A stretch of 64,000 nucleotides of DNA from Lytechinus pictus (lineage: Eukaryota), in the NCBI RefSeq assembly GCF_037042905.1, contig NC_087251.1:29080001-29144000 (forward strand). Direction: 5' to 3'. Both the position numbers and the translations under genes were made by a program. The notes beneath the pieces are model-generated. The model was not told the origin of the DNA, did no database searches, and saw only the letters and a list, made by a program, of their open reading frames with translations. Shown here piece after piece: positions 1 through 10,700 of this stretch; the first letter of the stretch is position 1; the number at the start of each line of letters is the position of its first letter.

Positions 1-178
1 TATACAAAGAATAAAGAAGATCGATTTCAAAAAGATTTTCGGGTCTCTCGCCCCACCCGCGACCTGGCCAAATTGTCAGAAATTGGGCAAAATAATTTTT
101 TTCCAAAAAAGCCCCCCTAAACCCCCCCAAACCAGCCGTCTTCGCTCCGAGGGGTCTTCTGGCATCCGAATGGGTCAA
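1..178 (+). repeat. Representative monomer (178 bp, arbitrary phase)
   Basis: Positions 1-178 are followed immediately by a near-identical copy starting at 179. Hand count gives 84 G+C of 178 (51 C, 33 G) and 9 CpG (10 in the TTCGAA variant). AT-rich blocks (about 1-39 and 70-110) alternate with GC-rich blocks (about 40-69 and 111-176). Confidence 0.98.
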
Positions 179-3100
179 TATACAAAGAATAAAGAAGATC
201 GATTTCAAAAAGATTTTCGGGTCTCTCGCCCCTCCCGCGACCTGGCCAAATTGTCAGAAATTGAGCAAAATAATTTTTTTCCAAAAAAGCCCCCCTAAAC
301 CCCCCCCAAACCAGCCGTCTTCGCTCCGAGGGGTCTTCTGGCATCCGAATGGGTCAATATACAAAGAATAAAGAAGATCGATTTCGAAAAGATTTTCGGG
401 TCTCTCGCACTTCCCGCGACCTGGTCAAATTGTCAGAAATTGAGCAAAATAATTTTTTTCCAAAAAAGCCCCCCTAAACCCCCCCAAACCAGCCGTCTTC
501 GCTCCGAGGGGTCTTCTGGCATCCGAATGGGTCAATATACAAAGAATAAAGAAGATCGATTTCGAAAAGATTTTCGGGTCTCTCGCCCCATCCGCGACCT
601 GGCCAAATTGTCAAAAATTGAGCAAAATAATTTTTTTTCCAAAAAAGCCCCCCTAAACACCCCCAAACCAGCCGTCTTCGCTCCGAGGGGTCTTCTGGCA
701 TCCGAATGGGTCAATATACAAAGAATAAAGAAGATCGATTTCAAAAAGATTTTCGGGTCTCTCGCCCCACCCGCGACCTGGCCAAATTGTCAGAAATTGG
801 GCAAAATAATTTTTTTCCAAAAAAGCCCCCCTAAACCCCCCCAAACCAGCCGTCTTCGCTCCGAGGGGTCTTCTGGCATCCGAATGGGTCAATATACAAA
901 GAATAAAGAAGATCGATTTCAAAAAGATTTTCGGGTCTCTCGCCCCTCCCGCGACCTGGCCAAATTGTCATAAATTGAGCAAAATAATTTTTTTCCAAAA
1001 AAGCCCCCCTAAACACCCCCAAACCAGCCGTCTTCGCTCCGAGGGGTCTTCTGGCATCCGAATGGGTCAATATACAAAGAATAAAGAAGATCGATTTCAA
1101 AAAGATTTTCGGGTCTCTCGCCCCACCCGCGACCTGGCCAAATTGTCAGAAATTGGGCAAAATAATTTTTTTCCAAAAAAGCCCCCCTAAACCCCCCCAA
1201 ACCAGCCGTCTTCGCTCCGAGGGGTCTTCTGGCATCCGAATGGGTCAATATACAAAGAATAAAGAAGATCGATTTCAAAAAGATTTTCGGGTCTCTCGCC
1301 CCATCCGCGACCTGGCCAAATTGTCAGAAATTGAGCAAAATAATTTTTTTCCAAAAAAGCCCCCCTAAACCCCCCCCAAACCAGCCGTCTTCGCTCCGAG
1401 GGGTCTTCTGGCATCCGAATGGGTCAATATACAAAGAATAAAGAAGATCGATTTCGAAAAGATTTTCGGGTCTCTCGCACTTCCCGCGACCTGGTCAAAT
1501 TGTCAGAAATTGAGCAAAATAATTTTTTTCCAAAAAAGCCCCCCTAAACCCCCCCAAACCAGCCGTCTTCGCTCCGAGGGGTCTTCTGGCATCCGAATGG
1601 GTCAATATACAAAGAATAAAGAAGATCGATTTCGAAAAGATTTTCGGGTCTCTCGCCCCATCCGCGACCTGGCCAAATTGTCAAAAATTGAGCAAAATAA
1701 TTTTTTTTCCAAAAAAGCCCCCCTAAACACCCCCAAACCAGCCGTCTTCGCTCCGAGGGGTCTTCTGGCATCCGAATGGGTCAATATACAAAGAATAAAG
1801 AAGATCGATTTCAAAAAGATTTTCGGGTCTCTCGCCCCACCCGCGACCTGGCCAAATTGTCAGAAATTGGGCAAAATAATTTTTTTCCAAAAAAGCCCCC
1901 CTAAACCCCCCCAAACCAGCCGTCTTCGCTCCGAGGGGTCTTCTGGCATCCGAATGGGTCAATATACAAAGAATAAAGAAGATCGATTTCAAAAAGATTT
2001 TCGGGTCTCTCGCCCCTCCCGCGACCTGGCCAAATTGTCAAAAATTGAGCAAAATAATTTTTTTCTCCAAAAAAGCCCCCCTAAACACCCCCAAACCAGC
2101 CGTCTTCGCTCCGAGGGGTCTTCTGGCATCCGAATGGGTCAATATACAAAGAATAAAGAAGATCGATTTCAAAAAGATTTTCGGGTCTCTCGCCCCACCC
2201 GCGACCTGGCCAAATTGTCAGAAATTGGGCAAAATAATTTTTTTCCAAAAAAGCCCCCCTAAACCCCCCCAAACCAGCCGTCTTCGCTCCGAGGGGTCTT
2301 CTGGCATCCGAATGGGTCAATATACAAAGAATAAAGAAGATCGATTTCAAAAAGATTTTCGGGTCTCTCGCCCCTCCCGCGACCTGGCCAAATTGTCAGA
2401 AATTGAGCAAAATAATTTTTCTCCAAAAAAGCCCCCCTAAACACCCCCAAACCAGCCGTCTTCGCTCCGAGGGGTCTTCTGGCATCCGAATGGGTCAATA
2501 TACAAAGAATAAAGAAGATCGATTTCGAAAAGATTTTCGGGTCTCTCGCCCCACCCGCGACCTGGCCAAATTGTCAGAAATTGAGCAAAATAATTTTTTT
2601 TCCAAAAAAGCCCCCCTAAACACCCCCAAACCAGCCGTCTTCGCTCCGAGGGGTCTTCTGGCATCCGAATGGGTCAATATACAAAGAATAAAGAAGATCG
2701 ATTTCAAAAAGATTTTCGGGTCTCTCGCCCCACCCGCGACCTGGCCAAATTGTCAGAAATTGGGCAAAATAATTTTTTTCCAAAAAAGCCCCCCTAAACC
2801 CCCCCAAACCAGCCGTCTTCGCTCCGAGGGGTCTTCTGGCATCCGAATGGGTCAATATACAAAGAATAAAGAAGATCGATTTCAAAAAGATTTTCGGGTC
2901 TCTCGCCCCTCCCGCGACCTGGCCAAATTGTCAGAAATTGAGCAAAATAATTTTTTTCCAAAAAAGCCCCCCTAAACCCCCCCCAAACCAGCCGTCTTCG
3001 CTCCGAGGGGTCTTCTGGCATCCGAATGGGTCAATATACAAAGAATAAAGAAGATCGATTTCGAAAAGATTTTCGGGTCTCTCGCACTTCCCGCGACCTG

Positions 3101-4700
3101 GTCAAATTGTCAGAAATTGAGCAAAATAATTTTTTTCCAAAAAAGCCCCCCTAAACCCCCCCAAACCAGCCGTCTTCGCTCCGAGGGGTCTTCTGGCATC
3201 CGAATGGGTCAATATACAAAGAATAAAGAAGATCGATTTCGAAAAGATTTTCGGGTCTCTCGCCCCATCCGCGACCTGGCCAAATTGTCAAAAATTGAGC
3301 AAAATAATTTTTTTTCCAAAAAAGCCCCCCTAAACACCCCCAAACCAGCCGTCTTCGCTCCGAGGGGTCTTCTGGCATCCGAATGGGTCAATATACAAAG
3401 AATAAAGAAGATCGATTTCAAAAAGATTTTCGGGTCTCTCGCCCCACCCGCGACCTGGCCAAATTGTCAGAAATTGGGCAAAATAATTTTTTTCCAAAAA
3501 AGCCCCCCTAAACCCCCCCAAACCAGCCGTCTTCGCTCCGAGGGGTCTTCTGGCATCCGAATGGGTCAATATACAAAGAATAAAGAAGATCGATTTCAAA
3601 AAGATTTTCGGGTCTCTCGCCCCTCCCGCGACCTGGCCAAATTGTCATAAATTGAGCAAAATAATTTTTTTCCAAAAAAGCCCCCCTAAACACCCCCAAA
3701 CCAGCCGTCTTCGCTCCGAGGGGTCTTCTGGCATCCGAATGGGTCAATATACAAAGAATAAAGAAGATCGATTTCAAAAAGATTTTCGGGTCTCTCGCCC
3801 CACCCGCGACCTGGCCAAATTGTCAGAAATTGGGCAAAATAATTTTTTTCCAAAAAAGCCCCCCTAAACCCCCCCAAACCAGCCGTCTTCGCTCCGAGGG
3901 GTCTTCTGGCATCCGAATGGGTCAATATACAAAGAATAAAGAAGATCGATTTCAAAAAGATTTTCGGGTCTCTCGCCCCATCCGCGACCTGGCCAAATTG
4001 TCAGAAATTGAGCAAAATAATTTTTTTCCAAAAAAGCCCCCCTAAACCCCCCCCAAACCAGCCGTCTTCGCTCCGAGGGGTCTTCTGGCATCCGAATGGG
4101 TCAATATACAAAGAATAAAGAAGATCGATTTCGAAAAGATTTTCGGGTCTCTCGCACTTCCCGCGACCTGGTCAAATTGTCAGAAATTGAGCAAAATAAT
4201 TTTTTTCCAAAAAAGCCCCCCTAAACCCCCCCAAACCAGCCGTCTTCGCTCCGAGGGGTCTTCTGGCATCCGAATGGGTCAATATACAAAGAATAAAGAA
4301 GATCGATTTCGAAAAGATTTTCGGGTCTCTCGCCCCATCCGCGACCTGGCCAAATTGTCAAAAATTGAGCAAAATAATTTTTTTTCCAAAAAAGCCCCCC
4401 TAAACACCCCCAAACCAGCCGTCTTCGCTCCGAGGGGTCTTCTGGCATCCGAATGGGTCAATATACAAAGAATAAAGAAGATCGATTTCAAAAAGATTTT
4501 CGGGTCTCTCGCCCCACCCGCGACCTGGCCAAATTGTCAGAAATTGGGCAAAATAATTTTTTTCCAAAAAAGCCCCCCTAAACCCCCCCAAACCAGCCGT
4601 CTTCGCTCCGAGGGGTCTTCTGGCATCCGAATGGGTCAATATACAAAGAATAAAGAAGATCGATTTCAAAAAGATTTTCGGGTCTCTCGCCCCTCCCGCG
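1..4700. repeat. 15-monomer (2677-bp) offset duplication: ~1-2030 repeated at ~2678-4700
   Basis: GTCATAAA at 971 and 3648. CACTT marker at 408/3085 and 1478/4155. ORF starts 440/3117 and 1510/4187. All differ by 2677. Confidence 0.82.
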
Positions 4701-7700
4701 ACCTGGCCAAATTGTCATAAATTGAGCAAAATAATTTTTTTCCAAAAAAGCCCCCCTAAACACCCCCAAACCAGCCGTCTTCGCTCCGAGGGGTCTTCTG
4801 GCATCCGAATGGGTCAATATACAAAGAATAAAGAAGATCGATTTCAAAAAGATTTTCGGGTCTCTCGCCCCACCCGCGACCTGGCCAAATTGTCAGAAAT
4901 TGGGCAAAATAATTTTTTTCCAAAAAAGCCCCCCTAAACCCCCCCAAACCAGCCGTCTTCGCTCCGAGGGGTCTTCTGGCATCCGAATGGGTCAATATAC
5001 AAAGAATAAAGAAGATCGATTTCAAAAAGATTTTCGGGTCTCTCGCCCCTCCCGCGACCTGGCCAAATTGTCAGAAATTGAGCAAAATAATTTTTTTCCA
5101 AAAAAGCCCCCCTAAACCCCCCCCAAACCAGCCGTCTTCGCTCCGAGGGGTCTTCTGGCATCGGAATGGGTCAATATACAAAGAATAAAGAAGATCGATT
5201 TCGAAAAGATTTTCGGGTCTCTCGCACTTCCCGCGACCTGGTCAAATTGTCAGAAATTGAGCAAAATAATTTTTTTCCAAAAAAGCCCCCCTAAACCCCC
5301 CCAAACCAGCCGTCTTCGCTCCGAGGGGTCTTCTGGCATCCGAATGGGTCAATATACAAAGAATAAAGAAGATCGATTTCGAAAAGATTTTCGGGTCTCT
5401 CGCCCCATCCGCGACCTGGCCAAATTGTCAAAAATTGAGCAAAATAATTTTTTTCTCCAAAAAAGCCCCCCTAAACACCCCCAAACCAGCCGTCTTCGCT
5501 CCGAGGGGTCTTCTGGCATCCGAATGGGTCAATATACAAAGAATAAAGAAGATCGATTTCAAAAAGATTTTCGGGTCTCTCGCCCCACCCGCGACCTGGC
5601 CAAATTGTCAGAAATTGGGCAAAATAATTTTTTTCCAAAAAAGCCCCCCTAAACCCCCCCAAACCAGCCGTCTTCGCTCCGAGGGGTCTTCTGGCATCCG
5701 AATGGGTCAATATACAAAGAATAAAGAAGATCGATTTCAAAAAGATTTTCGGGTCTCTCGCCCCTCCCGCGACCTGGCCAAATTGTCAGAAATTGAGCAA
5801 AATAATTTTTCTCCAAAAAAGCCCCCCTAAACACCCCCAAACCAGCCGTCTTCGCTCCGAGGGGTCTTCTGGCATCCGAATGGGTCAATATACAAAGAAT
5901 AAAGAAGATCGATTTCGAAAAGATTTTCGGGTCTCTCGCCCCACCCGCGACCTGGCCAAATTGTCAGAAATTGAGCAAAATAATTTTTTTTCCAAAAAAG
6001 CCCCCCTAAACACCCCCAAACCAGCCGTCTTCGCTCCGAGGGGTCTTCTGGCATCCGAATGGGTCAATATACAAAGAATAAAGAAGATCGATTTCAAAAA
6101 GATTTTCGGGTCTCTCGCCCCACCCGCGACCTGGCCAAATTGTCAGAAATTGGGCAAAATAATTTTTTTTCCAAAAAAGCCCCCCTAAACCCCCCCAAAC
6201 CAGCCGTCTTCGCTCCGAGGGGTCTTCTGGCATCCGAATGGGTCAATATACAAAGAATAAAGAAGATCGATTTCAAAAAGATTTTCGGGTCTCTCGCCCC
6301 TCCCGCGACCTGGCCAAATTGTCAGAAATTGAGCAAAATAATTTTTTTCCAAAAAAGCCCCCCTAAACCCCCCCCAAACCAGCCGTCTTCGCTCCGAGGG
6401 GTCTTCTGGCATCCGAATGGGTCAATATACAAAGAATAAAGAAGATCGATTTCGAAAAGATTTTCGGGTCTCTCGCACTTCCCGCGACCTGGTCAAATTG
6501 TCAGAAATTGAGCAAAATAATTTTTTTCCAAAAAAGCCCCCCTAAACCCCCCCAAACCAGCCGTCTTCGCTCCGAGGGGTCTTCTGGCATCCGAATGGGT
6601 CAATATACAAAGAATAAAGAAGATCGATTTCGAAAAGATTTTCGGGTCTCTCGCCCCATCCGCGACCTGGCCAAATTGTCAAAAATTGAGCAAAATAATT
6701 TTTTTTCCAAAAAAGCCCCCCTAAACACCCCCAAACCAGCCGTCTTCGCTCCGAGGGGTCTTCTGGCATCCGAATGGGTCAATATACAAAGAATAAAGAA
6801 GATCGATTTCAAAAAGATTTTCGGGTCTCTCGCCCCACCCGCGACCTGGCCAAATTGTCAGAAATTGGGCAAAATAATTTTTTTCCAAAAAAGCCCCCCT
6901 AAACCCCCCCAAACCAGCCGTCTTCGCTCCGAGGGGTCTTCTGGCATCCGAATGGGTCAATATACAAAGAATAAAGAAGATCGATTTCAAAAAGATTTTC
7001 GGGTCTCTCGCCCCTCCCGCGACCTGGCCAAATTGTCATAAATTGAGCAAAATAATTTTTTTCCAAAAAAGCCCCCCTAAACACCCCCAAACCAGCCGTC
7101 TTCGCTCCGAGGGGTCTTCTGGCATCCGAATGGGTCAATATACAAAGAATAAAGAAGATCGATTTCAAAAAGATTTTCGGGTCTCTCGCCCCACCCGCGA
7201 CCTGGCCAAATTGTCAGAAATTGGGCAAAATAATTTTTTTCCAAAAAAGCCCCCCTAAACCCCCCCAAACCAGCCGTCTTCGCTCCGAGGGGTCTTCTGG
7301 CATCCGAATGGGTCAATATACAAAGAATAAAGAAGATCGATTTCAAAAAGATTTTCGGGTCTCTCGCCCCTCCCGCGACCTGGCCAAATTGTCAGAAATT
7401 GAGCAAAATAATTTTTTTCCAAAAAAGCCCCCCTAAACCCCCCCCAAACCAGCCGTCTTCGCTCCGAGGGGTCTTCTGGCATCCGAATGGGTCAATATAC
7501 AAAGAATAAAGAAGATCGATTTCGAAAAGATTTTCGGGTCTCTCGCACTTCCCGCGACCTGGTCAAATTGTCAGAAATTGAGCAAAATAATTTTTTTCCA
7601 AAAAAGCCCCCCTAAACCCCCCCAAACCAGCCGTCTTCGCTCCGAGGGGTCTTCTGGCATCCGAATGGGTCAATATACAAAGAATAAAGAAGATCGATTT

Positions 7701-10700
7701 CGAAAAGATTTTCGGGTCTCTCGCCCCATCCGCGACCTGGCCAAATTGTCAAAAATTGAGCAAAATAATTTTTTTCTCCAAAAAAGCCCCCCTAAACACC
7801 CCCAAACCAGCCGTCTTCGCTCCGAGGGGTCTTCTGGCATCCGAATGGGTCAATATACAAAGAATAAAGAAGATCGATTTCAAAAAGATTTTCGGGTCTC
7901 TCGCCCCACCCGCGACCTGGCCAAATTGTCAGAAATTGGGCAAAATAATTTTTTTCCAAAAAAGCCCCCCTAAACCCCCCCAAACCAGCCGTCTTCGCTC
8001 CGAGGGGTCTTCTGGCATCCGAATGGGTCAATATACAAAGAATAAAGAAGATCGATTTCAAAAAGATTTTCGGGTCTCTCGCCCCTCCCGCGACCTGGCC
8101 AAATTGTCAGAAATTGAGCAAAATAATTTTTCTCCAAAAAAGCCCCCCTAAACACCCCCAAACCAGCCGTCTTCGCTCCGAGGGGTCTTCTGGCATCCGA
8201 ATGGGTCAATATACAAAGAATAAAGAAGATCGATTTCGAAAAGATTTTCGGGTCTCTCGCCCCACCCGCGACCTGGCCAAATTGTCAGAAATTGAGCAAA
8301 ATAATTTTTTTTCCAAAAAAGCCCCCCTAAACACCCCCAAACCAGCCGTCTTCGCTCCGAGGGGTCTTCTGGCATCCGAATGGGTCAATATACAAAGAAT
8401 AAAGAAGATCGATTTCGAAAAGATTTTCGGGTCTCTCGCCCCATCCGCGACCTGGCCAAATTGTCAAAAATTGAGCAAAATAATTTTTTTTCCAAAAAAG
8501 CCCCCCTAAACACCCCCAAACCAGCCGTCTTCGCTCCGAGGGGTCTTCTGGCATCCGAATGGGTCAATATACAAAGAATAAAGAAGATCGATTTCAAAAA
8601 GATTTTCGGGTCTCTCGCCCCACCCGCGACCTGGCCAAATTGTCAGAAATTGGGCAAAATAATTTTTTTCCAAAAAAGCCCCCCTAAACCCCCCCAAACC
8701 AGCCGTCTTCGCTCCGAGGGGTCTTCTGGCATCCGAATGGGTCAATATACAAAGAATAAAGAAGATCGATTTCAAAAAGATTTTCGGGTCTCTCGCCCCT
8801 CCCGCGACCTGGCCAAATTGTCATAAATTGAGCAAAATAATTTTTTTCCAAAAAAGCCCCCCTAAACACCCCCAAACCAGCCGTCTTCGCTCCGAGGGGT
8901 CTTCTGGCATCCGAATGGGTCAATATACAAAGAATAAAGAAGATCGATTTCAAAAAGATTTTCGGGTCTCTCGCCCCACCCGCGACCTGGCCAAATTGTC
9001 AGAAATTGGGCAAAATAATTTTTTTCCAAAAAAGCCCCCCTAAACCCCCCCAAACCAGCCGTCTTCGCTCCGAGGGGTCTTCTGGCATCCGAATGGGTCA
9101 ATATACAAAGAATAAAGAAGATCGATTTCAAAAAGATTTTCGGGTCTCTCGCCCCTCCCGCGACCTGGCCAAATTGTCAGAAATTGAGCAAAATAATTTT
9201 TTTCCAAAAAAGCCCCCCTAAACCCCCCCCAAACCAGCCGTCTTCGCTCCGAGGGGTCTTCTGGCATCCGAATGGGTCAATATACAAAGAATAAAGAAGA
9301 TCGATTTCGAAAAGATTTTCGGGTCTCTCGCACTTCCCGCGACCTGGTCAAATTGTCAGAAATTGAGCAAAATAATTTTTTTCCAAAAAAGCCCCCCTAA
9401 ACCCCCCCAAACCAGCCGTCTTCGCTCCGAGGGGTCTTCTGGCATCCGAATGGGTCAATATACAAAGAATAAAGAAGATCGATTTCGAAAAGATTTTCGG
9501 GTCTCTCGCCCCATCCGCGACCTGGCCAAATTGTCAAAAATTGAGCAAAATAATTTTTTTCTCCAAAAAAGCCCCCCTAAACACCCCCAAACCAGCCGTC
9601 TTCGCTCCGAGGGGTCTTCTGGCATCCGAATGGGTCAATATACAAAGAATAAAGAAGATCGATTTCAAAAAGATTTTCGGGTCTCTCGCCCCACCCGCGA
9701 CCTGGCCAAATTGTCAGAAATTGGGCAAAATAATTTTTTTCCAAAAAAGCCCCCCTAAACCCCCCCAAACCAGCCGTCTTCGCTCCGAGGGGTCTTCTGG
9801 CATCCGAATGGGTCAATATACAAAGAATAAAGAAGATCGATTTCAAAAAGATTTTCGGGTCTCTCGCCCCTCCCGCGACCTGGCCAAATTGTCAGAAATT
9901 GAGCAAAATAATTTTTCTCCAAAAAAGCCCCCCTAAACACCCCCAAACCAGCCGTCTTCGCTCCGAGGGGTCTTCTGGCATCCGAATGGGTCAATATACA
10001 AAGAATAAAGAAGATCGATTTCGAAAAGATTTTCGGGTCTCTCGCCCCACCCGCGACCTGGCCAAATTGTCAGAAATTGAGCAAAATAATTTTTTTTCCA
10101 AAAAAGCCCCCCTAAACACCCCCAAACCAGCCGTCTTCGCTCCGAGGGGTCTTCTGGCATCCGAATGGGTCAATATACAAAGAATAAAGAAGATCGATTT
10201 CAAAAAGATTTTCGGGTCTCTCGCCCCACCCGCGACCTGGCCAAATTGTCAGAAATTGGGCAAAATAATTTTTTTCCAAAAAAGCCCCCCTAAACCCCCC
10301 CAAACCAGCCGTCTTCGCTCCGAGGGGTCTTCTGGCATCCGAATGGGTCAATATACAAAGAATAAAGAAGATCGATTTCAAAAAGATTTTCGGGTCTCTC
10401 GCCCCTCCCGCGACCTGGCCAAATTGTCAGAAATTGAGCAAAATAATTTTTTTCCAAAAAAGCCCCCCTAAACCCCCCCCAAACCAGCCGTCTTCGCTCC
10501 GAGGGGTCTTCTGGCATCCGAATGGGTCAATATACAAAGAATAAAGAAGATCGATTTCGAAAAGATTTTCGGGTCTCTCGCACTTCCCGCGACCTGGTCA
10601 AATTGTCAGAAATTGAGCAAAATAATTTTTTTCCAAAAAAGCCCCCCTAAACCCCCCCAAACCAGCCGTCTTCGCTCCGAGGGGTCTTCTGGCATCCGAA

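Noticed and set aside
9..16. AATAAA polyadenylation signal and TATA-like AATATA in every monomer
   Set aside because: These short motifs are expected in A-rich DNA, and there is no associated transcription unit.
115..131. True telomere or interstitial telomeric array
   Set aside because: There is only one exact CCCTAAA per monomer and no tandem run.
1..178. Identity with Arabidopsis CEN178/CEN180 or primate alpha satellite
   Set aside because: Only the length is similar. The monomer lacks the HindIII AAGCTT site and the motifs I recall for CEN178, is more GC-rich, and is not 171 bp. A database search is needed for a definitive assignment.
1..178. 5S rRNA, tRNA, snRNA or spliced-leader tandem gene unit
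   Set aside because: I found no recognisable 5S sequence, cloverleaf, pol III A/B boxes or spliced-leader motif. The T7 run alone is insufficient. An Rfam/Infernal scan would settle it.
383..400. CENP-B-box-like TTCG...CGGG (TTCGAAAAGATTTTCGGG)
   Set aside because: The CENP-B box core is TTCG-N4-A-N2-CGGG, with 7 bp between the halves. Here the gap is 10 bp. Other TTCG sites match only about 6 of 9 core positions.
6161..6172. Single extra T making one HOR interval 4106 instead of 4105 bp
   Set aside because: An isolated homopolymer length difference cannot be distinguished from sequencing or consensus error.
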